From: Curvularia clavata
Lineage: Eukaryota
Direction: 5' to 3'
Length of the DNA: 64,000 nucleotides
Assembly (NCBI GenBank): GCA_023920165.1
Contig: CP089279.1
Location: 806,001-870,000, forward strand
Shown piece after piece: positions 47,757 through 59,809 of this stretch. The notes below the pieces were generated by a model. That model was not told the DNA's origin, made no database searches, and worked only from the letters and a program-made list of their open reading frames with translations. A program made the position numbers and the translations under genes. How positions within the stretch are numbered: position 1 is the stretch's first letter; each line of letters starts with the position of its first letter.

Positions 47757-49112
47757 ATGCGACCTACCTCCCAGCTGCCTACTACCCCGATGACATCTTC
47801 CGACTATAAGTCCAAAAACTTGTCGTCTGCGCCCAAGTTGGTCACGCCCACCGACCTGTTCCTTTTCCACGTCCATCTCGACTCGACACCGAACCAACAC
47901 ACGAGGACCATGGCGCCCCAAAGCCACAGAACTAGCCGTTCAGAAACTCCAAACAGGCATTGTTACGACATATCCGCTTCTGCAAGGCGGAATCAAGAGC
48001 AAGACGACATAGCACAGCCGTCGGCACAGCGACCAACGTCATATCGGTTTAGCTCATGCTCCACGCCCTCGAGATCACCACCAATCTCCAGCTCAGACCT
48101 CAACAAGCCCTTACCACCATCGCCTACCAGTTCAGAAAAGAAGTCCCGCAAATCAACAGCGTTGCGTGGCTTTCTCCGCCGCGAACCTTCGCGCCAACCA
48201 GACTCAGCATTCCTTCGGCCAGAGCCATACCAGCCAAACCAACAGCATTCTGCAGGTTTAGCTGTAGACACACATAGTCCTTACATACATGCACATTCGT
48301 ATAGTATGCCCAGTTCGCCTCATCCGTTTAACCAGTCCCCAAGCAAGAGCACGGAGCAACTTCCTAGAAGCCAGTCTCCAGCTTCGGATTTCTCAGGCAC
48401 ATTGCAACATCAGCCGTACTCGATATCATCACAACACCAGCCATCACCACACCAATGGCGCCCTGTTTCCTCGGTCCCTCGTATCGAAACAACACCCCGA
48501 TCTCGCACTTATCCCGATACAACCCTCAGCCCGACACAACGCGAATCTGCAATTGGTAGACCACGTCCGCATACAACTTGCTTTTCGCCGTCAGAACCCT
48601 TTACAGACATGTCACAATTTCACCTCTTTGCAGAGGCAATGACTGGCCTGCCGAGTGATTCCGAGTGTCTCTCTCCTAACGGACCACCACAGCTTCAAGG
48701 TTCACTTTTCGCAAGGCGCAGCGCCAATGATAGCATTCCTTTACCCCTACAGCATCCGCAGAGTTCATCAGATATACCACCAATGCGACCGCCTCAACGA
48801 GAACAAAGAGACGACTGGCAGAATTTTGAACCGCCACCACTTATTTCGACTTGGGCAACACCCGCTCTTCATCATCCAGTACCTCTGCCAGGCCCCCCTT
48901 TGGAGCCGTATTCGCAGTGGCAGCCACCTCCACAGATGGACGGAATTACAGCGGAACTTGAACTTTTAGGGCTGAACGATCCTTCACGGCAAGATGATGA
49001 ACTACCCAACTACCAACAAAGTCAGGCAGAAATGGCGGAGATAAAAAGATTAGAAGCGGCAGCAAGAGCACGAGAGTTAGAGGCACGTTGGAGAAGCACA
49101 CGGAGACGATGA
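47757..49112 (+). CDS. Pro/Ser-rich hypothetical protein (start may be the ATG near 47910)
   Basis: 451 aa ORF; DLNKPLPPSP, FHLFAEAMTGL and C-terminal DELPNYQQSQAEM...AAARARELEARW. Confidence 0.75.
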   Translation: MRPTSQLPTTPMTSSDYKSKNLSSAPKLVTPTDLFLFHVHLDSTPNQHTRTMAPQSHRTSRSETPNRHCYDISASARRNQEQDDIAQPSAQRPTSYRFSSCSTPSRSPPISSSDLNKPLPPSPTSSEKKSRKSTALRGFLRREPSRQPDSAFLRPEPYQPNQQHSAGLAVDTHSPYIHAHSYSMPSSPHPFNQSPSKSTEQLPRSQSPASDFSGTLQHQPYSISSQHQPSPHQWRPVSSVPRIETTPRSRTYPDTTLSPTQRESAIGRPRPHTTCFSPSEPFTDMSQFHLFAEAMTGLPSDSECLSPNGPPQLQGSLFARRSANDSIPLPLQHPQSSSDIPPMRPPQREQRDDWQNFEPPPLISTWATPALHHPVPLPGPPLEPYSQWQPPPQMDGITAELELLGLNDPSRQDDELPNYQQSQAEMAEIKRLEAAARARELEARWRSTRRR

Positions 49113-50434
49113 AATGATGCCGATGTATACGACAAATCATTGAGGATAAATGCTCAGGATATAAATGTCCTGTGGAGCATTACAAAAATACGAATTCTAC
49201 TACTATCTACCTTTGCCTAGATGTACCTATATGGACATGATATTCAGACATTCAATGCTGGCGCAATGCTGTCAAGATATGGCCATCATAGGCCGGTGAA
49301 TACGTCTTTGCAAATAAAGTCATCCTCCCCACGAAGCAACCCCTGGATACGATCATCTTATTATCCAAGACTATTATCAACTTACCCAATGGGCATAGCC
49401 ACATGGTCATTACAAGCTACACAGCGTCCGAGCTTATAGCCGAGACCTTGTGCATCCTTTGCGCACCGATACGAGCATTCTAGAATACGGTCAGCCGCTC
49501 ATAACGTGAATCAAGTTCTCCTCATCATTACCCCTTTCACATGCAACAAAGAGCCCCTGAACCTGAATGTTGTTGGACGTTCCCAAAGCGGTCTTTGTGT
49601 TCTCTCTGCTTACCACATTGGGTAATATGGCCCCCACATACAAACAGGCACGCCATCCGTGAATACGAGGAATCACTTAATCAACGACCAGGTACTTAGC
49701 CCCTCAGGCACTCTTTTGCATATTATGCAGCGTCATCCGTGTCTCGTTTATAGAGAGTAGAGGCAGAACGTGCAAGCGGATTGGAGCTGACGTATAGACG
49801 AAGACTAGAGTAGTTTGCCTTATGGAAGACTTGAGCAAAGGGAAGTTAGACAGCAAGATGGAGCCTGGTTATCAAGTACCTGTTCCATGTAATAAACAGA
49901 GAAGCAGGTGTACTCGGGTATCTTCAATGCGCTCTCTTGTATCAATCTCCGAGCTGCTGATAGCTCAGCAACTAAGCATAGCTATCAGAGCTCAGCGCGT
50001 CAGAAAAATCAACAACTTCGTACCAGATCGCCAAGTACAAACATGCATCACTGAACTTGCGACATCGGCCATGGCAATTTACAAACTGCCACAAATACCA
50101 GCGGCATCAGTGAACCATGCAAGGAATATACCCCCAAATCTCCGAACTCTTCACAACCCCAGCCTTTCCGCGGGGACCAACTTTTGGGGGCCAGAAACTG
50201 CACCATCACCTACGCGACTCACCAATCAACTAATCACCTACCGTGTACCTACCTATAGAAAACGAAACATCAAAATAACCGGTAGCTGCCTAGTATCAAC
50301 CTTAAACCCTAAAAAGATATCCTAGCCTTTCCTTATTCCCCCCTCTCTCCGTTCACGCATTATCCCCAACATCCGCGGACATTACATACTACTATCTACG
50401 GCAACAACACCCCACACCTCTACCCACCTCCCAA

Positions 50435-50782
50435 CTACGCTCCAAACACACCTGCCAAATACAACACACGATCGACAGACTGCGCAAACCCAAGGTAACG
50501 TTGCACGGTACCACAGTAACGCTCTTGCGTGTGGGTCTTGTCGTGGGCGATCACGCTGCACTGCAGAAATCCCGGTGTTGGGATGGAGAATTGGGGCGGT
50601 GCACATGCAAATGCAGGTTGCTGCAGGACGGAGGTGGGCAGGCGGGGCCCGACGGAGCCGTGGATATGGAGCGGAGTAGAAGGGGGCAGGAAAGGGTGGG
50701 TAAGAGGAAAGATTTTTTGGGATGAGGGTGATGAGGATGAGTGTGTTGGGGATGGAGATGGGTGCATGGGGGTGGTGGTCAT
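50435..50782 (-). CDS. Possible small hypothetical protein
   Basis: ATG-initiated 115 aa ORF in low-complexity sequence; no recognisable motif. Confidence 0.3.
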   Translation of the reverse strand: MTTTPMHPSPSPTHSSSSPSSQKIFPLTHPFLPPSTPLHIHGSVGPRLPTSVLQQPAFACAPPQFSIPTPGFLQCSVIAHDKTHTQERYCGTVQRYLGFAQSVDRVLYLAGVFGA

Positions 50783-51529
50783 GTGTAGGTGTGCACATGC
50801 GTCAAGGTACAGCTGGCTGGGTATCGTGATTCGGATGCGTGAATGCTTGCAGTGCTGTTTAGATTAGTGATATCAGGCGGTGTGTTTGAATTTTCGTTAC
50901 AGTCGCGTGGGTTTTGGCATTGAATTTTGGTAGTTTGGTCCAAAGCTGTGGATAGGTATGGCTTACAACGCGGGCCTGGTCGTCACAACTAGTGTTGTTG
51001 AACCTCTCTGATAGTTAATTTAGATGCATAGTGGCTCGCTTGACAGCTTTCGGATGTTTTTACCAGCTGTTAAGAGCGTCTAGCGGTTGCTAGTACCGCA
51101 CGTGACCTGGTTGCCAACAAATCACCTGACAGGTGCTAGACGTTCCTAGCCTACCCACTATTGTTGAACGACTCTCTGCAGCACTCTCACTACCAGATGT
51201 GCCTAGTTGTTGAGTCAATCAGCTGAAAATGTCCAGACTGAAATGTAAACCTTTTGCCTGTACCTTTGTTGGTAACTGTACAAGACGAAGGACTCGGCTG
51301 GGTAAATGTGAATCTTACAACACTGCTGCCTAGCATAGCCCCACCAATACAGCCTTGTTACTCTATCTATCCTAAAGAATACAGCCTTACATACAATAAA
51401 GAAGGCTGGATGATGCCCTATAGATCTGCGATATTTATTGTCGAGGTCCATGCTGACACTCTTTATTCAAAACTCTCGCACACCGTTTTGACTGCACAAC
51501 TAAGAAGTTCTTTTTGATAACTGGAAGTC

Positions 51530-53983
51530 ATGGCTTCTGTGCCGACTGTACATGCCCACCAAGCTTTGCAGCAATTTTCTGAGTCCGAGAATCTTTCGGG
51601 TACGAACAACAGAGAACACAACGAAGACTCAATCGTATTTATTCCGGATATTTCTCAGGAAATCGACCCTGTGCCTTCCTCAGACGACGTTCTTTGTGCA
51701 TCATGTTCCGAGATTCATTCTGAGTGCAGTTGCACGGTAGCAGAAACCTCAACTATTGGCGCTACTATATCCAATGGAAAATGTCCTTCATGTCGGCTCA
51801 TAGCTCAGTGTATAAGCTCTTCTGCAAGAGCACGGTCAATGCCTCTCGATTCAAAGATCTTATTATGGAGAGCTCCGTTATTTTTGGAAGACCCATCTGA
51901 TCGTCAAGGCGAACATGCAAATGTTCTGACAAAACGCGTCGAGATCCGATTATGCATGCAAAAGCCGGGAAGTGAGGAACGAATTGTGATCGATCATTGC
52001 GACATAATCGGAGTGCTGTTACCTGTAGAGGGTAACGAATTCAGTGACAGCAGCAAACCGACAGGCCATGAAGTACTCTTCAAGACGTTAAAGTGTCAAG
52101 GCTCCGTTTATGCGCGCCCAATTACCTACACAGTTGACGTAGAATTGATCAGGACTTGGATAGACTTCTGCACTGTCTCCCATAGTTTCTGCAGAATAAC
52201 CAAAACACCTAATCCTGCGAACACAGGCGTACGCCTTATAGACGTGGTGGAAAGACGCTTGTTTGATGCGACCCTGGTCGAAGAATACATCGCACTTTCG
52301 TATGTGTGGGGGTCCGATAACAACAAAGTGCTCACGAAAAGTACTTTGAGGCATCTCCAAGAAAAAGGAGGTCTGTCCTCGACTACCATCCCTCGTTTGG
52401 TCGCTGATGTCATGGATTTTGTTGCTGAGATTGGGGAAAGATATCTTTGGATTGATACAGTGTGCATTGTCCAGGATGATCCTTTGGACAAATTACGTCA
52501 GCTTCCCAATATGCCCTCCATCTACGACCATGCAAAACTCACTATTGTAGCAGCGGTAGAAAGCGCAAATGACCCCCTGCCAAGATGGAACAAATGCCAC
52601 CACAAGGTATCAGTGCCTACTGAGTTGATACGAGGCATTGCTCATACAATCGGAGAACCCCCTTTAGTGACAGCTCTGACACAGACCACTTGGATCAGAC
52701 GTGGATGGACGTTCCAAGAAGCATTTTCAGCGAGGCGATTGCTAGTCTTCACTCAAGACTTGATCTATTGGAGTTGTCACGAGGAGTCTTGGTGTGAAGA
52801 CCAGTATACCGAGTTTCACAACGTCAAGAACGAGCCGACACCAGAAACATCGTTATTCCTAACAAGTGTTTGGGAGAATTCCTGCAATGGCAATAAATCA
52901 GTAACCAAGTTATGTGCCATGGGGCTGTACGTACGACATGCCCAAGACTACTCTCAAAGATTGTTCAGCAACTACTCTGACGTAGTTAAGGCCTTTATAG
53001 GTATTCTCAAAGCCATGAAAGAGTACTTTCCAAACGGATACATCTGGGCTTTGCCATACGATAAACTGGATGCTGCATTACTTTGGTTGACATGCTGTGA
53101 AAAGACTGAGTTTCTAGAACACCAGTGCGATCTCAGTCCCGAAAGTCGTTTACCAATTCCATCATGGAGTTGGATTGGAAAAGGACATAAGGTCGAGTTC
53201 CGGTATGGAATTTGCGAAACTAAGTCTCGCATCACTTGGCACGAACCGGTGAAGTGCTGGTCATCGAACACCGACACCGTTGATCATGACCAAGAGCTAA
53301 GGCATCTTCCTCAGGCGTCCGTAATGTGTGGTCCACAAACTATAACGGAAGACGGTGTTACACTTGACTACGCGTTTCTTCACTTTACTGCTCAGACGGC
53401 TATGCTCTCCATTGAGCTAGAACCTGACCCAAGAAATTTAGAAATTTTCAACGCCTACATCAGGAACGAACAGGCGAATTCTAAAAGCCATCAACTTGTC
53501 GCTGCCAACATATTTCTGTCCTCCAAAAAAGCAATCGGCCAGATTTTGGTCCCAGCACACATGTTCCAAGACAGTACACAGCAGCTTCAGGAGTTTGTAC
53601 TACTCTCTGAATACCCCGGCCGACTTCATAACGAAGTTCTCAACAATAAAACGCGTCCCGTCGAGGGACAAAAGCCTGGAAAGAGCTTCGACCGTGATCG
53701 CCATGACCATGACAGTGGGAGCTCGCACCAAGAAGAGGAAGAGGCCTGTGGAATTGAAGATGAAAAGCACCAAAATCAAGAGTTTGTGGATGCAAATGAA
53801 AGCCTTGTTCCAGAGGGACGTAAGGATGGCTTCAGACACCACTCCGCGCTGAATGTAATGCTGATTGAGTGGGATGAAATGCACGATATAAAGAATTTCG
53901 CTCGACGGGTGGGTATCGCCCGCATTGATCCTTCCGCGTGGGAAGAGGTGGAGAAAACAGAGAAGACAATCATCTTGGGATAG
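51530..53983 (+). CDS. HET-domain (heterokaryon incompatibility, TOL-like) protein
   Basis: RLIDV, YIALSYVWG, ERYLWIDTVCIVQDD, MPSIYDHAKLTIVAA, WIRRGWTFQE and PSWSW. Confidence 0.93.
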   Translation: MASVPTVHAHQALQQFSESENLSGTNNREHNEDSIVFIPDISQEIDPVPSSDDVLCASCSEIHSECSCTVAETSTIGATISNGKCPSCRLIAQCISSSARARSMPLDSKILLWRAPLFLEDPSDRQGEHANVLTKRVEIRLCMQKPGSEERIVIDHCDIIGVLLPVEGNEFSDSSKPTGHEVLFKTLKCQGSVYARPITYTVDVELIRTWIDFCTVSHSFCRITKTPNPANTGVRLIDVVERRLFDATLVEEYIALSYVWGSDNNKVLTKSTLRHLQEKGGLSSTTIPRLVADVMDFVAEIGERYLWIDTVCIVQDDPLDKLRQLPNMPSIYDHAKLTIVAAVESANDPLPRWNKCHHKVSVPTELIRGIAHTIGEPPLVTALTQTTWIRRGWTFQEAFSARRLLVFTQDLIYWSCHEESWCEDQYTEFHNVKNEPTPETSLFLTSVWENSCNGNKSVTKLCAMGLYVRHAQDYSQRLFSNYSDVVKAFIGILKAMKEYFPNGYIWALPYDKLDAALLWLTCCEKTEFLEHQCDLSPESRLPIPSWSWIGKGHKVEFRYGICETKSRITWHEPVKCWSSNTDTVDHDQELRHLPQASVMCGPQTITEDGVTLDYAFLHFTAQTAMLSIELEPDPRNLEIFNAYIRNEQANSKSHQLVAANIFLSSKKAIGQILVPAHMFQDSTQQLQEFVLLSEYPGRLHNEVLNNKTRPVEGQKPGKSFDRDRHDHDSGSSHQEEEEACGIEDEKHQNQEFVDANESLVPEGRKDGFRHHSALNVMLIEWDEMHDIKNFARRVGIARIDPSAWEEVEKTEKTIILG

Positions 53984-54747
53984 AGAATGATGGATGTGAT
54001 AGCCAATCACGTTCAAGGAAACCCCAGCTGGCTCGAGTTTGACATTCTGCTTCGGTCTTTTTCATGGTGTATTTGGGAGTGTCCTGTATGAAGACTATCT
54101 CATAAGTGGCCCAAGGGTTCTATTAAATAAATCATATTGCAATAGTGGATTCTCTTGCTGTATTCAACGTATTCACGTCACTTGGTGAATTCATGCCTCA
54201 ATCTAAACTCGCACATTGGACTTAAAGTTTGGCTGGGATATGCAACATACCATAACTAAGAAACAACATTATTGAAGCCTTGACGTGGTAAAATCCCAGG
54301 CTCTTCGAACAAGAGCTTATATCCAATTATGATTACGTGTCATGTGCTCTGTGAATGTACCAAAAAATACAAGAAATCACAGTCGTGTAGTGAGTGCCAT
54401 GTCATAGCCTGGCTGTCAATGTATACTTCACATGTCAAATTCCACATATCGAGTCCACTTCCAGATGTTGAAGTCCGGATACGTCACAGCGCACGTTAGA
54501 AATGGAAAAAGACTGTACATACGTGCAGATCAAGAGATGTAGAAGGGTAAGATAATTACCGATGTGATACGTGCATCATGTCAATGACCACTGATAGCTG
54601 TGAAGAGGCATCTCCTTTAGTATAGATAACTAAATATCCTTCCCCGCAGTCAGTTCGAAATCCACGTTCGAACTACAATCCATTTACACTTACACCCTAT
54701 CTTCCCCTGAAGTGGTTAGATCCCAGTTACCAGCGCAACCTCGTACC

Positions 54748-55770
54748 ATGGTCGAATACTGCAAAAAGCTCGCAATACAATACCAAAGCCGACCTAAGCA
54801 ATCTTGGCGAGTGATCGAAGATCTCGGCACAATGAACGGGGGCCTCAATGCCGGTATCGCCAAAGTACGCTGCAGCAACCCTAACGCCCGAGGCATTGTC
54901 TTCATTGAAAAGCGCTTTGGGGAGAAAGAACTCAAACACAAGATCGCGCATCGCGAGATTCAGCTACTACACCAGATCAGCGACCACAAGAATATAGTAA
55001 CGATGGTGGACCATTTCCTAAACGAAACGTACATGAGAGCAGCCTTGTACCTTGAATTCTGCGATATAGGCAGTTTGGACAAAGTGGTGTACGAAGTAGC
55101 GCAAGGGCGCCACATCAACGAGCGCAAGGTGTGGAGATGGTTTTATCAGATATGCAACGCCATTGCATATTGTCATTGCGGTCCAGACCCGAGAATGAGT
55201 GACGATGAAATTCTCCAATCTGGATGGGGTAGGATTTACCATCGGGATATCAAGCCGGGGAATATTCTGCTGACGAGGGAGGACGGCCAGATAGTGGCGA
55301 AGCTTGCTGACTTTGGATGTGCCGTTTCTGAGGATTACCTGGCTCAAGAGAAAAACGAACAACGCGCCAAGAGGCAGCAGGTAGGCACGAAGGGGTATGA
55401 TGCCCCGGAATACCCGTATTTCAGTGGGGCGTCCGACGTCTGGCAGCTCGGAGTGACTATTATCTGCGTGTGCACGGGTATCATGTGGCCCTGGAGTAAC
55501 ATGAACCCCAGCGGCGAGAGATGGGACGAATCGCGACCAGCTGAGATCAAATACTCACGCACATTGAGTTCGATAATCAAGCTATGCTTGGTCAGGAACC
55601 CTCGTATGCGTTCCACAGCATACCAGGTTCTGAAGGCGTTGGACGAAGAGAGTGTGATAATGACGTCGAAGCTGCCCAAGGATGAGTTTCCGTTGCAGGT
55701 GTTTGATCCGTACGACCAGCAGAGTCTTGTGCCAAGACACCCGGGGCTGGTGTTCCTGCCAGGTTATTGA
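54748..55770 (+). CDS. Ser/Thr protein kinase with a divergent glycine loop
   Basis: FIEKR, HREIQLL, LYLEFCDIGSL, YHRDIKPGNIL, LADFG, GYDAPE and SDVWQLG. Confidence 0.9.
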   Translation: MVEYCKKLAIQYQSRPKQSWRVIEDLGTMNGGLNAGIAKVRCSNPNARGIVFIEKRFGEKELKHKIAHREIQLLHQISDHKNIVTMVDHFLNETYMRAALYLEFCDIGSLDKVVYEVAQGRHINERKVWRWFYQICNAIAYCHCGPDPRMSDDEILQSGWGRIYHRDIKPGNILLTREDGQIVAKLADFGCAVSEDYLAQEKNEQRAKRQQVGTKGYDAPEYPYFSGASDVWQLGVTIICVCTGIMWPWSNMNPSGERWDESRPAEIKYSRTLSSIIKLCLVRNPRMRSTAYQVLKALDEESVIMTSKLPKDEFPLQVFDPYDQQSLVPRHPGLVFLPGY

Positions 55771-56010
55771 GAACAAATGCTTCCGATTCCAGGGGTGAGG
55801 AAAGCCATCAGGTGATGGTATCCGATTATTGATTTCTTTGAGTTGGGCTTTCTGGCGGTAAGAGAGAGCTGCTTCCATCGTTCTCCACGCGTTTTAACTA
55901 ACAGATGTCTAGTGCGGAATAAATTTTGACGGAACATAACCTCTCCCGCCATTCCAGGGAAAGACAAGGATACGATGGTTTAGTCCATTATTGTTACAGA
56001 CTACTCGCAA

Positions 56011-57989
56011 TCACTGGTTGTGCCACCCCCACGATTCCTCGAGTTGGGCAATCATCGCAGTAGGAGGAAAAGCATGTGCTTCTTCACACCTATACCACAA
56101 ATCACGGAGGCTCTGCTGCTCCTCTAGTACGGTAAATCGATCACCCACTGCTCGTGTCAGAAAAGTAAACGAACAACAGCAGGAAAAGGAAAAAGATTTT
56201 GAGCATGCTTAGGAAAACTACGTACCTAGTGCAATCGCATAGCATGCGACAAACTTGCAAGGGAATACTTTTGGATTTGACTGGGCAACACCGCAAAGTA
56301 CGCGTACATTCTCTTGTACTGCTTTGTCCACGACCGCACGTGAGGCCTTGTGCGCGGGACCAAGCTGTGGTAATGTGGGATCATGTACGATTAATAACGT
56401 ATGAGCCAAAAGATTGTACTGCATTCCCATTACGTGCTCCTTGCGATGTAAGCGGATGTCCGGGAAGTTGTTCCCATTGGATGAACTTTTCTGGCGGAAG
56501 TAATATGGATCGAAGCTGGACGGTCGGCACTGGTTCCACGATTTATTTTCATCCATAAGCTGGTTGTAGCGAGCGACGCTGTTCCTGTCTTCACCAAAGA
56601 CAAAATTGCTCACATCTCCGAGATGGGCAATAGTCCGCGTAGCCCACATTGCGTCAGTGGCGGGCTCGAGTGAGCGATCTGCGGGGAAGATGTGTAGCTT
56701 GAAAGCTTTCTGCGTCATGAGTGAAATCCATAGTTCCTGGCGGAAAGCGGCCCAGTATATAGCTTGGCGCCAATCTGGCCCTGAAGTCGCAGCGTAAGAC
56801 TGTTCAGCGGCGCGAATGATAGCTTGAGTGCCGAAGAGATGGCCTTGGGGATCAGTGCCCACAACCGAGATGTTCATCTCCTCTAAAAGCCGCAATATGA
56901 TGGTCGCAGCGAGCAGCGGTTCTTCCTTAATAGTTGAGTTATCATTTAACGCAGGGATCAGAGTGTCAAAGCATCTCTGGTAATATGCATCTGCAATGTA
57001 AGGATCAAAGTCTGCAATTCGGCTGAGTTGACGTGCAGACAAGGCAAGGATGGCATTCCTGTATTAGTTAGTTTTCAGTTCATACTTGTATGATTTCTTC
57101 GCAGGATTGCGCACATGAGTGTACTATTCTGCTTGGCCATCTGGACGATATGTACGCCGAAATGATCTCTAGAATCCATCATGTCAAACTAGCAATTGTG
57201 AGTAGAACGTCTTTTCCCTTTCTTTGCAACTCAAGACTCACGAACAATGCAACGTTCTCAATATAGTGCTGGAGTAGCATAGCCTCCTGCTCATGTTCTA
57301 GTGGCCATAGAACCGGCTCACCAGGAGGCTGTTGGTAAACAAAAGTATTAGCACTCGCTTCGTCCTGCCGCTGGTACCCGCTTGTGTTTAGTTGCTGATC
57401 ATGGGTCATAGGTGGTGCAGAAGTCTGCTGCTGCACCGGCGACTCAGAATTCAGCAGCGACAAAACGGTCAGGCCCTCTGTCGGAGTGTATAGAGTCGAA
57501 CCTGGGGTCAAGTTACTCTGGCCACTTGCAGAGGTGGGTCCGGGCGAGGGATAGACAACAGAAGAGCTACTAAACGGCGAATCGCCGTCCTGAACGTACT
57601 GGGATCGAATCTCAGACGATTCGTCCAGAAACTGAACTGGCGCGCACTGTCAGCAGGAGCCCTAGCACATTGCTGTCGCGTCCCTTACTTCGAGGAGGGA
57701 ATGAAACCCAGGGTTGCTCAGAACTGAACGAGTTTGATATCGAAGATCGTCGGAAGCGCCTACCGCTCTCGTAGACGCATTCCTTTTTCGAATGCTCGCA
57801 TTTGCCGCATTTTGGCTGTTTTCCATCGCCTAACGCAGAATTATCAGTTAACGCGGGTCTGCCTAGCCAGAGTGTAGCGTTGAGACTTACATCGGTAATG
57901 ACGCGAGCGGCATCGATTGCTAGATACAGTCAACACGAGCCGTGTCTGTGACACTCAAGGGTAAAATAAGGGTATTCGCACCATGGCAT
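56011..57989 (-). CDS. Zn(II)2Cys6 transcription factor, about 7 exons including 8-nt and 29-nt first exons
   Basis: Spliced MP|CNRCRSRHYR|CDGKQPKCGKCEHSKKECVY (introns 57920-57981, 57830-57890, 57637-57688). Later exons give EAMLLQHYIE, NAILALSARQL and AIYWAAFRQE, ending EESWGWHNQ*. Confidence 0.88.
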
Positions 57990-58446
57990 TTGCGACAGGC
58001 CACACGTTAGACGTGTGGCAGTGGGACCGTGTTCAAGGAGCGGGCTAATTTACGACTGTTGGACATGCGCGAAGGATGCTGTACAACAGGCTCCAGGATG
58101 AGAAAGACACGCCGGTATCAGCGATGCAGGATCCAACCATGGTTTGCGTGTTAGTAACGACGCGATCACAATCGCTACAGCGGGGGCGGGTATTAGCAGA
58201 AAAACCCGGATCATTCGCCGCACACCCCTCAAAGTACGCCCCACATGCTGCTGTGCCGAATGAGGAAACTTCGCCCGACCCGTGTGGTAATGAATTCCGA
58301 AGACACGCTTATTCCCCGCGGGGAAACCATATACTAGGTATCTGGCATCAGCTCTTACCAGCATCGGAGGCGCTAGCAGGTTTAAAGACCAGGACCCTGC
58401 TGTACAGTGCTACAATCGACAAAACCAGGTCAGACTATCCATCACC

Positions 58447-59613
58447 ATGCCCCACGCACTACCACCAGAGCAAGATGTATCAAGTCTCGAAGGCAAGAAG
58501 CTCTTCGTAAACGATGGCCTACTTCAACCCGGCCAGGTCAGCCGAATGCAAGAGTCGTCTCCAGACCTTCCCATAGACGAGCTGCGTCGCCGCTACAATG
58601 AGGATGGCTATCTCTTCCTCAAGGGACTTTTGCCCCGAGAAGACGTCCTGAAAGCCCGAGAAGAATACTTCAAAATGCTTACACCAAGCGGCGTATTGAA
58701 ACCAGACACGCTACCTGTGCAGGGTATCTTCGACCCTGAAAAGGACCCCGCAGACTTCCCTGGCATCGGCGCCGGAGCCGCCCCCGGCAACGGCAAGCCC
58801 GGCGAAGCTACGGCTGAGAAGTTTGTGGATCTGGCACTGCAAGCCCACTATGCAGACTGGTACAAGGAGACCTTTTGTAAGCATCCCGCGTTGAAAGATT
58901 TCATTGCGAGGATGACGGGCTGGGGCGACGATACCCTCGCCGTTCGCAGAAGCCTGTTGCGGAACAATACGCCGGGCAACAAGGCCATTGGCGTGCATTA
59001 CGATCAAATTTTCCTACGCCATGGCGAACCCACTTCGGTCACTGCTTGGGTTCCAATGGGTGATATTAGTCTGACCGGCGGCGGACTGATCTACCTAGAA
59101 AACGGTGCGTTGTGCATGACATAATCTCGCAACATCTAGGTGGGAATTAACACTCACTGCAGGACATACCCTCGGTCGCGAGGTAGAAGCAGACTTCACT
59201 CGCAAAGCGGCGGAAAGCGGTTTGAGCGAACAAGAAACAAAGGACGCGTTCAATCAGAATATGATGTCCAATGGGCTGCTGGCTGACGGTCCACGAGAGT
59301 ACTCAGACACGTTTGGGAGGCGATGGTTAGTGACAAACTACGAGGCCGGCGATGTGGTGTTGCATACGCCTTATACTGTAAGCCCACCAATAACGCTATA
59401 CTTGAAAGAAACAAGCACTGAAACCGCAAAGATTCATGCATCGACAATGAATTACGACCCAGAAAACGTGATTCGAGTGGGCACTGATTTGAGATTTGTT
59501 GATAAAAGCAAGCCTTGGGACACAGTGAGTAAAATCCTCATCCTAGATTCTGAGCATTGGAGTAACATTTCTAGCGGTGGGATAAGGATTACGAATTCAA
59601 CGACGGAGTTTGA
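58447..59613 (+). CDS. Phytanoyl-CoA dioxygenase family Fe(II)/2-oxoglutarate oxygenase; introns 59105-59162, 59378-59431, 59525-59574
   Basis: DGYLFLKGLL, VHYDQIFLR (HxD), TAWVPMGD, YEAGDVVLH...IHAS and IRVGTDLRF. Confidence 0.92.
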
Positions 59614-59809
59614 ATGGCTGTTCTTGATTCTCTCACACATGGCGGCTGAATTTTCAATGGAGGGTATCCTTTATTCACCAGAGAAATCAGCCGTTGGCAG
59701 CTCTTCCCTACTACTTCTGAATTTTCGAAACATTATTAAATCAGTCGTAAAGAACAGCATCTCAAAGAAGAACTGGAATGATTGATCCCATCTCCAGGCC
59801 GCCACAGCC

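Noticed and set aside
55768..55815. Possible stop-codon readthrough or editing at the kinase TGA
   Set aside because: The kinase domain is already complete and another in-frame stop follows about 15 codons later.
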